Assembly (NCBI GenBank): GCA_030603385.1
Contig: JAUVXW010000009.1
Coordinates: 1-64,000, forward strand
Source: Promethearchaeota archaeon
GTDB taxonomy: Archaea; Asgardarchaeota; Lokiarchaeia; Sigyniarchaeales; SOKP01
Reading direction: 5' to 3'
DNA length: 64,000 nt
This document shows positions 1-9,944 of this stretch, in pieces. A model generated the notes under the pieces. That model saw nothing but the letters and a program-made list of their open reading frames with translations, did no database searches and was not told where the DNA came from. The position numbers and the translations under genes are program-made. How positions within the stretch are numbered: the first letter of the stretch is position 1; each line of letters begins with the position of its first letter.

Positions 1-1
1 C

Positions 2-925
2 CGTGAATTTCAAGAAAAATTTGCTAAATATAAAGAAGTGGAAGCGTCGCTCTTATGTCAGACTGGATTTGCAGTTAACTCAGGATTAATTCCTATGTTG
101 GTTGGAAAGCCTGATATAGTAGTCTCAGACGAATTAAACCATGGTTCAATTATTGATGGCGTTAGATTGTCTGGTGCGAAACGGGTTATTTATAAACATC
201 GGGATATTTCAGATTTAGAAAAACAATTAAAAGAAGCTGAAAAAGGAGGAGCTAGAAGAATTTGTATCATAACTGATGGAGTCTTTAGCATGGATGGAGA
301 CATGGCTCCTTTAGATAAGATTGTAAAAGTAGCAGAAGATTTTGGAGCGATGATATTCGTGGATGACTGTCACGGAGAAGGGGTGCTTGGAGAAGGCAGG
401 GGTATTGTAGCTCATTTCAATCTACAAGGAAAGGTTCATGTTGAAGGTGGTTCCATGAGTAAAGGATTTGGTGTTTTCGGAGGTACTGTGGCAGGTTCAA
501 AAGACTTAATTGAATTTTGCGCTAATAAAAGTAGAACATATTTACTCAGCACAGCCCACCCTCCAGGTATCGTAGCTGCTAACATAGCATCTATTGAAGT
601 GGTAGAGAGTGAACCACAACACGTTAAAAGAGTCTGGGAAAACACAGATTACTTTAAAAAAGAAGTTCAAAATATGGGATACGACACTGGAAGATCAGAA
701 ACACCAATCATTCCTTTGATTATTGGAGATCCTGGAAAAGCTCAAGAATTAGCACGAGTTCTTTTCGAAGAAGAAGGAATCTATGGGACACCTATAGTCT
801 TTCCTATGGTCGCAAGAGAACTTTCTAGAATTAGAGTCCAGATGAATGCATTATTAACTAAAGAGGATTTAGATATGGCATTAGGTGCCATAGAAAAAGT
901 TGGAAAAAAATTAAAAATAATATAA
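2..925 (+). CDS. PLP-dependent alpha-oxoamine synthase (glycine C-acetyltransferase Kbl / BioF family), 5'-partial
   Basis: Motifs SDELNHGSIIDG, ITDGVFSMDGD, DDCHG, GSMSKG (PLP lysine). The frame is open back to the window edge. Confidence 0.88.
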   Translation, partial: REFQEKFAKYKEVEASLLCQTGFAVNSGLIPMLVGKPDIVVSDELNHGSIIDGVRLSGAKRVIYKHRDISDLEKQLKEAEKGGARRICIITDGVFSMDGDMAPLDKIVKVAEDFGAMIFVDDCHGEGVLGEGRGIVAHFNLQGKVHVEGGSMSKGFGVFGGTVAGSKDLIEFCANKSRTYLLSTAHPPGIVAANIASIEVVESEPQHVKRVWENTDYFKKEVQNMGYDTGRSETPIIPLIIGDPGKAQELARVLFEEEGIYGTPIVFPMVARELSRIRVQMNALLTKEDLDMALGAIEKVGKKLKII

Positions 926-972
926 ATTTCTTTTTTATTTCATCTATCAATTATAGATGAATTTTTCTGGGA

Positions 973-1794
973 TTACAATGGTTTTATAGCTTTAATTGAA
1001 AGAGTAAGTGGTACCTCAGGTTTTAATGTTTGAAAACGCCATAAACCATCCTTACATCTCTTCAGATCCGGGTGAAAACCAAAAAAACCAAAAGGGAATT
1101 CATGTAAGAATTCGAGTTTTAATCCTACTCCAATCAGAGAGTTTAAGATTTCACTAATGCTATGAGACCACCCATATTGAAGTTTATTTTCAAGAATGGT
1201 AGGATTATTTGGGTCTTCATCAGTATAATCACCATCTTCTTGCCATATAAAGGGTTTCCCATTGGTAAAATAATGATAACTTATTTTGAATTTATCACTT
1301 ATTTTTTCATCTATTAAGCCACTAAATGGGTGACCATCGATAAAATAAAAAAACCCTCCTGGTTTTAAACAATAATTTATCACTTTTGCCCATCCTTCTA
1401 AATCGTCTAACCAATAAATGGTGCCATATGAAGTAAAAACAATATCAAATTTATCATTAATTACTTTAGGTATATCATAAACATTGGACTGGTTAAATGT
1501 TGCTTGAATTCCTAGTTCATTACTCAACTCACGCGCCTTAATTATCGCTTTGTCTGAAAAATCGACACCAGTAACTATTGCTCCTTTGCGAGCCCAAGAA
1601 AGAGTATCTATACCAAAATGACATTGAAGATGCAAGAGTGTCTTCCCTTGAACATCACCCATCTCTTCGATTTCAGTAGGTAATAATGAAGTTTTACCTG
1701 CCTTGAATTCTTCGAGCCTATAAAATTTTGACTTTACGTGAATATCTACCAATTCATTCCATAATTTTAAATTGGCTTCAAGCTCTTTTTTAAT
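973..1794 (-). CDS. Class I SAM-dependent methyltransferase
   Basis: LLHLQCHFG motif I, GVDFS, FDIVFTSYG, LKPGG. The frame continues upstream of the TTG at 1752 (ELEANLKLWNEL) to an ATT at 1794, 6 nt after a GGTGA Shine-Dalgarno. Start uncertain. Confidence 0.85.
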   Translation of the reverse strand: MKKELEANLKLWNELVDIHVKSKFYRLEEFKAGKTSLLPTEIEEMGDVQGKTLLHLQCHFGIDTLSWARKGAIVTGVDFSDKAIIKARELSNELGIQATFNQSNVYDIPKVINDKFDIVFTSYGTIYWLDDLEGWAKVINYCLKPGGFFYFIDGHPFSGLIDEKISDKFKISYHYFTNGKPFIWQEDGDYTDEDPNNPTILENKLQYGWSHSISEILNSLIGVGLKLEFLHEFPFGFFGFHPDLKRCKDGLWRFQTLKPEVPLTLSIKAIKPL

Positions 1795-1824
1795 AAAATC
1801 TCACCATTCTTCGTCTGCATCTAC

Positions 1825-2409
1825 TTATAAAGGCTTAGCTAAAATTGCTTTCACTCGTAATTTATCAAATAAACTAGTAGGTGCGGGTTTAATAAGGCAT
1901 ACAGTATCTGCTCCTCGTCCAGTTCCACCTATGCAAATAATGTCTCTTTCAATATCCTCTATTAAGCCGGCATCAACAGCCATAGTAGCAATCTCCATAC
2001 AAACTTTCATCCCTTGACTAAAATTTGTACGTAAATATTTAGCCATTATTTCAATAGGACCCCATTGTTTTAGTGAAATTCTCATACTCCTTTCTGGACC
2101 GCCAAAAGCATGAGTACCTATAAAGAATTTCAATCCTTTATTTTTTAGATCAGTCATTTTTTCTTCAGGAAATTCTTGCCTTTTATTTACTCCGGTAAAG
2201 TAATATGAATGCGTCATAACCACTAAATTATATTCATTTGGGTCAAAGAGATCGAGTGATTTCTCTGCAGTTGTGCCAGTCGTGCTAGCCATAACAATAT
2301 CCTTAATATTAAACTGATCAGCATATTTTTTAGCGATTTCTAAAGCTTTTTCTGTGTTTTGAGGACCTCCTTTTTCAAAATATGTGACTTCAAGATTTAA
2401 ATCTGTCAT
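1825..2409 (-). CDS. Pyruvate kinase alpha/beta-domain-like conserved protein (DUF1867-like)
   Basis: YFEKGGPQNT, ASTTGTTA, SQGMKVCMEI, GGTGRGADT motifs. Confidence 0.8.
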   Translation of the reverse strand: MTDLNLEVTYFEKGGPQNTEKALEIAKKYADQFNIKDIVMASTTGTTAEKSLDLFDPNEYNLVVMTHSYYFTGVNKRQEFPEEKMTDLKNKGLKFFIGTHAFGGPERSMRISLKQWGPIEIMAKYLRTNFSQGMKVCMEIATMAVDAGLIEDIERDIICIGGTGRGADTVCLIKPAPTSLFDKLRVKAILAKPL

Positions 2410-2613
2410 ATATTATCAACTTTGATCTAATTATATTTATTAGAAATTTCCATACATTAAAAAATGATTATATATCTCATCCATTCTATGTTTTTTTATT
2501 ATGTAGCTAACTTTGTTAATATTTTGGTCTAAAATTTTACACCTATAATTTTAAATAGAAAAAAATGTAATTACATTTATTTACAAATTTTAAAAAAAAT
2601 AGTGGGATATTAA

Positions 2614-4062
2614 ATGAGTGAAGAAACTCTTACTTCAAAAGAAAAGTTCTTATTTGGACTATCTAGCTTTCCGGATCAAATTTAAATGAATATTCAAGTC
2701 ATTTAAGGTCAATTTACATACCAGATATTCCAATTCTTAATCTTTACTTTCTACTTTACGGTAATTAGGATACCTACTACTTTGATGCTCACTGCTTATA
2801 TATTGTGGGGAATTTGGAATGCAATTAACGATCCTCTTTTAGGAGCGCTATCAGAAAGGACAAAACATAGGGGAAAATGGGGAAAGAGGAAATTTTACCT
2901 ATTAATTTCTATAATACCTCTTTGTATAATGATGGTATTATTGTTTTTTGTTCCGTTTAGTACCAGTGGTAAAACAGCTGAGTTTTTGTATTTTTTAATA
3001 ACAATAATAGTATTTGAGTTCTTTTACACTTTATTCGATGTAAATGTGAATGCTCTATTTCCTGAAATGTTTCCAACTGAAAAGAAGAGGGCTGCTACTA
3101 ATCTTTATATAAAAATCACCTTAGTTGTGGCATTGATTTTGGCTTCCCTTCTTCCAGGATTAATTATTTCCGATTTTGTACCCGAAAGTGATTCAGCGAT
3201 TCGAGGTATAAAAAGTGAATACTTTCTTATGGCTATTATTGCTGCAATTATAACTATTGTAATATCGATACCATTCCTTTTAAGGGGCGTTAAGGAAAAA
3301 GAGGAAAGGGCTGAGGATTTTGAAAAACGACCTTCTTTTATAGAATCTTTAAAATTTACGTTTAAGAATAAAACATTTGTCAAGTTTGTCATAGCAAACA
3401 CCATGCTCTGGTATTGTTATACAATTTTACCGCTTATTCTACCATTATATGCCGAACACGTTCTTGATATAGAGAAAGGCTCTTTTTTAATTAGTATAGC
3501 ATTATTGCTTGCATTTTTAGTTGCGGCTGCTTCTATGCCTTTGCATAGAAAAATTGGCTTTAGAATCGGGATGAGAAACGAATTAATTCTATCGATGATA
3601 GTTTGGATTGGAACTCTATTTCCTTTCTTCTTGATATCTGGGTCACAATTTAAGGTTCTCTTTCTTTTTATCACTGCCTTACAAGGTTTTCCATTGGCAG
3701 GAGCATTTTATCTTGTTGATATCATACATGCTGATATAATAGATGAGGATGCCCTTAAATTTGGAGTAAAAAGATCTGCCAGTTATTATGGCATTAATGC
3801 TTTTGTCCACCGAATTTCGATAATCTTGGTTATAGTCACAGTTATAGTAATGTTTGGTAATATCGGTTGGGATAAAGAATATGTACCAATAACTGGTAAT
3901 CAAGGTTTAGTTGAGTTTGGCTTAAAAGCGATAATTTGGATATTCCCTGCAATTGCCCTTACTATTGGAATTCTTATGATGAAATCATACGGTTTACATG
4001 GCGAACGTCTTGAAAATATGAGGAAAGAAATAGAACAACACCCTGAATTAAAACCAACCTAA
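2614..4062 (+). CDS. MFS transporter, GPH/MelB-like family; interrupted by a 33-nt insert (join 2614..2679, 2713..4062 = 471 aa)
   Basis: ATG 2614 is in frame with the 2782 ORF. Removing 2680..2712 gives MSEETLTSKEKFLFGLSSFPDQFTYQIFQFLIFTFYF, continuing into WNAINDPLLG, RWGKR-like KWGKRK and DIIDED...GVKR motifs; about 12 TM helices. Confidence 0.85.
2680..2712 (+). other. 33-nt in-frame hairpin insert with two TAA stops; candidate BHB-type mRNA intron
   Basis: Reads ATT TAA ATG AAT ATT CAA GTC ATT TAA GGT CAA. Inner stem TTAAATGA/TCATTTAA; exon GATC pairs with insert GGTC, and both are followed by AA. Confidence 0.55.
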
Positions 4063-4127
4063 ATATTTATTTTTCTTTTTTTTATATTAATTATTGGCTT
4101 TGTCATTCATATTAAACGAATATTAGT

Positions 4128-4889
4128 TTATTTACAAGGATTTTTTAGTGAACAGGGAACTTCGCAAGCACATTTCCCACACATATCTGATAAACCTAAT
4201 TTTGAATAAAGCCTACCGTTTTTTAAACAAATGTCATAACATTTATGCCGATCAAAGGAATCATTAATTAAAGCCCCAAAAGTACATTTATCGACACATT
4301 GTGTACAGCTTCCATCCTGAAAATAGAGACAATATTCCTCTTCACTTCTATTTGTGGCTTCAATTTTTGCTGAGGTTATTAAACTTCCTAATCTCCCACA
4401 ACATCCTTTTTCCGTTATCAGCATCTTATGTAAACCGAATTTTCCTAATCCCGCAATATAAGCAACATGCTTATGAGACCAATAGCTCATTAATTTGCTT
4501 TTGTCAAAATTGTGTGTTGGAGGTATTTCAAAACATTTATAATTTTTTTCTTTTAAAGAGATAGCTAAAAAACTTGTTAAATCTGTTATTAATTTATTAG
4601 TTTCGATGTATGCCATTGCCCATTCTTTTGAAGCATTTATACCGTTAGAGTTGCTAAGTACAACTTCATCATTGAATGGGATAAAAAAGGTAATTATACT
4701 GTTAGCGTTTTTAAGTAATTTATGTGGTAGTTTATGATCTTTATCAACTACTTGCTTTAATTGTAGAAAAATTGGATCTTTAGCATTAGCAAATGCTATG
4801 ATTGTCTCTCTCCATTTAGTCTTAGTGTTGTTTATTACTTTATAATCTTCAATGAAATACTTAATCAAATCCTTAATTTCTTCATGCAT
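4128..4889 (-). CDS. Epoxyqueuosine reductase (QueG)-like Fe-S/cobalamin protein
   Basis: WSHKHVAYIAGLGKFG, GCCGRLGS, CTQCVDKC and CGKC...VPC cysteine clusters. Confidence 0.75.
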   Translation of the reverse strand: MHEEIKDLIKYFIEDYKVINNTKTKWRETIIAFANAKDPIFLQLKQVVDKDHKLPHKLLKNANSIITFFIPFNDEVVLSNSNGINASKEWAMAYIETNKLITDLTSFLAISLKEKNYKCFEIPPTHNFDKSKLMSYWSHKHVAYIAGLGKFGLHKMLITEKGCCGRLGSLITSAKIEATNRSEEEYCLYFQDGSCTQCVDKCTFGALINDSFDRHKCYDICLKNGRLYSKLGLSDMCGKCACEVPCSLKNPCK

Positions 4890-5091
4890 GGCTATAAATT
4901 GATAAAAAATGTCTATATATTAATTAAAGATAATCATAGAATATATTCCGTTTTTTTATATCTAGGAAGTGCCGTATTCTTCTACTTTTTAATCGAACAA
5001 GTAATACTTCCATAGATAACTGTAAACCTTTTAAATTTTCACGATAATTTTAACAATAAATATAATAATTTTAAAGAGACGATTTTAAAAA

Positions 5092-5325
5092 ATGACTATA
5101 TGCTTTGTATTAATGAAAGTTAAGGCTGGCTTTGTAGTATCTGTTGCCAATGAATTAAGTAAAATATCAGAAATAAAAGAATTTTATCCCGTAACTGGAG
5201 GAATTGATATAATAACGAAGGTTGAAGGTAAGGATGTTGAGACCATCGCTAAAACGATTTTAGCAAAGATTCATAAAATTGAGGGTGTCGATAGAACTCA
5301 AACTCATATTGTAGTGCCCCTTTAA
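5092..5325 (+). CDS. Stand-alone Lrp/AsnC ligand-binding domain protein
   Basis: 77 aa; VTGGIDII...KIEGVDRTQT pattern; no HTH. Confidence 0.8.
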   Translation: MTICFVLMKVKAGFVVSVANELSKISEIKEFYPVTGGIDIITKVEGKDVETIAKTILAKIHKIEGVDRTQTHIVVPL

Positions 5326-5348
5326 TAGCAATAAAAAGGTGTTATAAA

Positions 5349-6089
5349 ATGGTAGAAAATAATCAAAAAGTTGAGTATTCCATGCCACGACAGTGTGGTT
5401 TATATCCTCCTCCTCCTATCGAATATATAAATGCACGTGCTCTCGCATTAGTATTTCAATGTGTACCTAACATGAAAAAATACTATTTACCCCCTGAATT
5501 AGTATCTATAGAAAGTAGTCTTGACACACTCATTATATTGGAATATCCAAATACTTCAATTGGTCCTTATAATGAAGCTATACTTTTACTAAGTTGTACA
5601 TATCAATATAAACCTGGAGTTTATGTCTATAGCATATATGTAGATGACGATGTAGCTTTAGCAGCAGGGAGAGAAATATGGGGGATCCCTAAGAAAATGG
5701 CTGAAATCAATTTATCTAAAATCAAGAAAAATAAAATAAATGGAACGGTTACCAGAAAAGGTAAAATAATCTTTGATATTAGTGCTGAAATTATGGACAC
5801 TGAACCAGGTTTAAATCCAAAAGATATGTTTGAAAGTCTACCTTTTTACAATTTGAAACTAATCCCAGACGTTGCAGATAATACAAAACCGGCACTTCGA
5901 CAATTAACAGAGACCTCCATAAAAATAGATAAGGTTCATACTCAAAATGGTGCATTAGCTAATTACTTAAAAAGCCAACAATCTCAATATGATCTTTCAC
6001 ATGAAGTACTTAAAGATGCTGTTAAGGATTTAGGAGGTTTTTATGCAGAATATGATTTCATACTGCCAAATGGGAAAATATTAGAATAA
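5349..6089 (+). CDS. Acetoacetate decarboxylase family protein
   Basis: IGPYNEA and AAGREIWGIPKK (Schiff-base Lys region). Confidence 0.82.
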   Translation: MVENNQKVEYSMPRQCGLYPPPPIEYINARALALVFQCVPNMKKYYLPPELVSIESSLDTLIILEYPNTSIGPYNEAILLLSCTYQYKPGVYVYSIYVDDDVALAAGREIWGIPKKMAEINLSKIKKNKINGTVTRKGKIIFDISAEIMDTEPGLNPKDMFESLPFYNLKLIPDVADNTKPALRQLTETSIKIDKVHTQNGALANYLKSQQSQYDLSHEVLKDAVKDLGGFYAEYDFILPNGKILE

Positions 6090-6196
6090 AAAATTAGATC
6101 AAAAAAGAAATTTAGAGCTAAAAGATTCATTTCATAGTAATTTCTGATGCTTATTGAAAACAAATAATCCTCATGAACAAAATTTAAATAACAAAT

Positions 6197-7579
6197 ATGT
6201 ATAGAAGTTTATTAATCCAAAAAATATACAGAAAGATAAGTAAAAAAATGAAAAATAAAACACACTATTTAATAATTTTAATTTCGGTCTTATATTTTAG
6301 TATTTTATTTCAAGGATCCTACAACTTATTGATTGAACGAAATAACAAGGCTTATAAGACTACTAATCCCGTTTTGTCTACAAGCGATTCAGTGGTATAT
6401 GAGTGGAATCGTACCTGGGGTGGAGTTGGTTATGAATATTGTACAGGAGTAACTCTGGATTCCTCATCAAACATTTATCTTGCGGGGATGACAGATAGTT
6501 TCGGTGTAGGTGCTTTTGATATGGCTCTTGTGAAATATGATGAGTCCGGTATGCTGCAATGGAATAACACATGGGGTGGAATTGGTTCCGAATCTTGCGA
6601 GGGTATTGCAATAGATTCATTAGATAATATCTATATATCGGGAATATCAAATATTTCCGGAATGGGATACAGTGATCTGGTTCTGGTGAAATATGACAGC
6701 TCAGGTGTACAGCAATGGAATCGCACATGGGGGGGGAGTAATTGGGAGGAGGGCAATGGACTTGCAGTGGATTCTTCGGATAATGTTTATTTTACAGGTG
6801 CTACAGCTAGTTTTGGAGCGGGAGGTTATGATTTAGTTTTACTGAAATATAACAGTTCTGGTGTGCTTCAGTGGAATATCACATGGGGGGGAATTGGTGA
6901 TGATGGTGGTACTGGAGTGGTTGTGGATTCATTAGATAATGTTTATGTTACAGGATCTACAGACAGTTTCGGAGCAGGAGCTGTTGATTTAGTTTTAGTG
7001 AAATATGACAGATCTGGTGTACAACAGTGGAATCGAACTTGGGGTGGTATTGAATATGAATATGCCTATAGAGTAATAGTAGATTCATTAGATAATGTTT
7101 ATCTTGCAGGAAACACACAAAGTTTCGGACCAGGATATTGGGATCTAGTTCTAGTTAAATATGACAGTTCTGGTGTAAAGGAATGGAATCGCACATGGGG
7201 TGGAATTAGTGAACTAACAATGGGACTAGCATTAGATTCCTTAGACAATATATTTCTTACAGTATTCACAGTCAGTTTCGGGGGGGATAATATGTTTTTG
7301 GTGAAATATGACAGTTCCGGTGTGCTACAGTGGAATATCACATGGGGTGGGACTTATCTTGTTGAGAGCTGGGCAATAGCAATTGATTCATTAGACAATG
7401 TGTATCTTGCAGGATATATAGAAAATTTCGGAGCAGGAGATTTTGATATGGTCCTGGTAAAATTTAATAAAGCAACTAAAAAAGATTCCAAATTTATTCC
7501 AGGATTCGACACAATTATGCTAATTAGCTTGGTGAGTATAATTACAGCTATTGTAGTTAAGAGGAAATTTAAAATTTAA
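6197..7579 (+). CDS. Surface beta-propeller (SBBP-repeat) protein with C-terminal PGF/Loki-CTERM-like sorting signal
   Basis: N-terminal hydrophobic segment, seven ~49-aa repeats (WNRTWGG...DSLDNVY...G.T.SFGAG..D..LVKYD), C-terminus IPGF-TM-KRKFKI. The start may be ATG 6248. Confidence 0.82.
   Translation: MYRSLLIQKIYRKISKKMKNKTHYLIILISVLYFSILFQGSYNLLIERNNKAYKTTNPVLSTSDSVVYEWNRTWGGVGYEYCTGVTLDSSSNIYLAGMTDSFGVGAFDMALVKYDESGMLQWNNTWGGIGSESCEGIAIDSLDNIYISGISNISGMGYSDLVLVKYDSSGVQQWNRTWGGSNWEEGNGLAVDSSDNVYFTGATASFGAGGYDLVLLKYNSSGVLQWNITWGGIGDDGGTGVVVDSLDNVYVTGSTDSFGAGAVDLVLVKYDRSGVQQWNRTWGGIEYEYAYRVIVDSLDNVYLAGNTQSFGPGYWDLVLVKYDSSGVKEWNRTWGGISELTMGLALDSLDNIFLTVFTVSFGGDNMFLVKYDSSGVLQWNITWGGTYLVESWAIAIDSLDNVYLAGYIENFGAGDFDMVLVKFNKATKKDSKFIPGFDTIMLISLVSIITAIVVKRKFKI
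6400..7465 (+). repeat. Intragenic ~147-bp imperfect tandem repeats (7 propeller blades)
   Basis: Recurring TGGAATCGxACxTGGGG and GTGAAATATGACAG motifs. Confidence 0.8.
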
Positions 7580-7690
7580 ATATATTGGGCTTAATCTTAT
7601 TAACAAATTACCTAAGAATAAAGAAGAGAACAAAGGAAAGAAAAAAATCGATGTGATATAATTTCTTTTCTATTTTAAAATAATTTGTAA

Positions 7691-8545
7691 TTATGCTTCT
7701 TTTTCCAGTTTTTTTTTCAAGAATTCGATGTTTTCTTGAATAGTCTCTGTTATAGGTTCTTGACTCAATTCAAGACGCTTTAAAATTTGTAATGCATCTT
7801 CAAACATTTTCAATGCTTCTGGAAACTGTGTTCGTTTATAATATACACCTGGAATATTAAAAAACTTGAATGAAATCATTTGAATTGCTGTAATTAGAAT
7901 CCATATTATAATAAAAGCAGTTACAATCCATTCGCTTAAAGGTTCACGCGTAATTAAAAAAATAATTAGTATAATAGATATACTAAATCCAAAATAGGAT
8001 AAAAATTTCTTAAATTTTGTCCCTGTATATAATTTAGATTTGGGGCCTTTATACATTAAAACACTATAGAGATCAATATAAAAACACGTACCAAAAAAAC
8101 CAACCCATGCTACAAAACCATGGAACATACGAAATAATTCAATATATGTATCATCTGGAATTATCCCAACTAAAGCAACACAAACTGAAGAAAATATTGA
8201 GACTCCTGTTGCAAGTCTTCGAATGCTTTCTTTAATATTTACCAATTCCCTCTCGAGAGAAATAAAAAAAGGAATACTCATTGAACCTGCGACTACAAAA
8301 CTTATACTAAATAATGATTTTGCTTCTCCTCTTCCTAATGAACTTACAGGTTTAAGCAATGGACTATATCCTGGAGTGAAAAAAACAGCCATAATTAAAA
8401 AAATAGTTGCAGTTAATACTCCAAACAACCCGAATAAGACTTCCATTTTTTGTTCGATTTTAGCTACCACTTTGATCTCACTATTAAGTATTTTTAAAGA
8501 ATTCTTTATAGTAAATAGATTATTATATTCTATAAGGAATATCAA
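7691..8545 (-). CDS. DUF998-like membrane protein with C-terminal helical tail
   Basis: PGYSPL..VSSLG, about 6 TM segments, HG and EW residues. The true start is probably downstream of the ORF start. Confidence 0.62.
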   Translation of the reverse strand: MIFLIEYNNLFTIKNSLKILNSEIKVVAKIEQKMEVLFGLFGVLTATIFLIMAVFFTPGYSPLLKPVSSLGRGEAKSLFSISFVVAGSMSIPFFISLERELVNIKESIRRLATGVSIFSSVCVALVGIIPDDTYIELFRMFHGFVAWVGFFGTCFYIDLYSVLMYKGPKSKLYTGTKFKKFLSYFGFSISIILIIFLITREPLSEWIVTAFIIIWILITAIQMISFKFFNIPGVYYKRTQFPEALKMFEDALQILKRLELSQEPITETIQENIEFLKKKLEKEA

Positions 8546-8648
8546 TATTTAAACGATTTATGTTCATATAAAAGTGCATTAAACAAATTTTTATATTCAA
8601 GAATATCTGTTATTTACAATAATTCGATTATAAGAAATTTACTTTTTA

Positions 8649-9266
8649 TTGGTTAAATCTATGAATAAGCATGGTGCTGGCTCTTATGTAGGTGGCGGAG
8701 GGCAAACAGTCAGTCAATTTAAGTTTAAGATTACTGTTATTGGAGATGGTGGTGTAGGGAAAACAAGTTTAATAAGAAAATTTACTCAAGGCAGTTTTCA
8801 GAAAGACTATATAAAAACAATAGGAGCACAATTTTCGAAATATGTAGAAGAAATAGAAGGTGATCAATGTGGATTACTTTTTTGGGATATTGCCGGACAA
8901 GATGAGTTTCATTTCTTACGTCCCTCTTTTTATAAAGATAGTAATGCAGCAATAATTGTGTATTCTCTTGAAGAAAATATTCTTGGTAAGGAGAGTTTTA
9001 AGAATATTAAGAATTGGTATAATGATTTAAAGCAATTTTGCGGTACTATTCCTGTAATGGTGTTCGCTAATAAGGTTGATTTAGTTAATAAAGAAGACTT
9101 AAACAATTCAAAGATTTTAAAATTTGTTAAAAAAAGGAACCTTCTTGGATTATATTTAACCTCAGCAAAGACAGGTGAGCTCGTACATGATGCGTTTCAA
9201 GCAATAATCCGAGAACTATATTATAAAAATAAAGCGTTATTTGCAGAATTAAAAGAGCTTAAATAG
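8649..9266 (+). CDS. Rab/Ras-like small GTPase
   Basis: GDGGVGKTS, YIKTIG, WDIAGQ, NKVD, TSAKTG; no C-terminal prenylation cysteine. Confidence 0.93.
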   Translation: MVKSMNKHGAGSYVGGGGQTVSQFKFKITVIGDGGVGKTSLIRKFTQGSFQKDYIKTIGAQFSKYVEEIEGDQCGLLFWDIAGQDEFHFLRPSFYKDSNAAIIVYSLEENILGKESFKNIKNWYNDLKQFCGTIPVMVFANKVDLVNKEDLNNSKILKFVKKRNLLGLYLTSAKTGELVHDAFQAIIRELYYKNKALFAELKELK

Positions 9267-9351
9267 CATCATCTTCTCCTTTTAGACCTTCTAAGTAGAT
9301 AAAAAAAAGCGATTTTTGAAAAATTGAATTAGACAAATTAATATGAAGTTC

Positions 9352-9927
9352 TTAATATACTTTAAAAATTACATCATCTAATTCCCTTTTGGGAACGTGC
9401 ATTTTTCCATCAGAGTCCTTCCAATATGTAAATGAATCTTTGTAAGTTTCCATAACCGATTCTTCATCAGGATACCCCAAACTTATAACTTGCTTTAGAT
9501 CATAATGTTCAGGGATTTCAAATAATTCTCTTATCTTTTTATAGTTAATTGCGGCCATCCAACAAGTTCCAATCCCGAAACTTACTGCGCCAAGTAACAT
9601 ATTTTCAACAGCGGCTCCCACATCAAAATCTACAAATGGTCTTTTAATTTTAGTGTTTACTAAGACAATGATATAAGCAGTGGGTTCTCTTCCATTTTCA
9701 GGAGTTCTTTGTTCTTTAGGAAGCGATCCTGCCCAGCTTACTAATGGAAATAATTTTTTTCTCATTTCAGCATTTTCAACAATAATAAACTCAAGTGCTT
9801 GAACATTCCTTGCCATAGGAGCAACACGAGCAAAATCTACTAATTTTTTTAATGTAACTAAAGAGATCGGCTCTTGTTTAAATCTCCGAATTGTTCTCCT
9901 TTTATATATAATTTCTTCTAAATCCAT
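9352..9927 (-). CDS. Nitroreductase family protein
   Basis: RRTIRRF, APMARNVQ, ENMLL, GIGTCW, LGYP. Confidence 0.9.
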   Translation of the reverse strand: MDLEEIIYKRRTIRRFKQEPISLVTLKKLVDFARVAPMARNVQALEFIIVENAEMRKKLFPLVSWAGSLPKEQRTPENGREPTAYIIVLVNTKIKRPFVDFDVGAAVENMLLGAVSFGIGTCWMAAINYKKIRELFEIPEHYDLKQVISLGYPDEESVMETYKDSFTYWKDSDGKMHVPKRELDDVIFKVY

Positions 9928-9944
9928 CTTTTTTCAAATTTTAA

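Noticed and set aside
2683-2706. Selenocysteine/pyrrolysine or stop readthrough as the explanation of the MFS interruption
   Set aside because: Both stops are TAA, and readthrough would leave 11 extra residues inside TM1.
2782-4062. ORF-track start of the MFS gene at TTG 2782
   Set aside because: It would omit TM1; the in-frame coding sequence clearly begins at ATG 2614.
6400-7465. Regular repeats considered as a CRISPR array
   Set aside because: Degenerate, codon-phased repeats inside an ORF; no cas genes.
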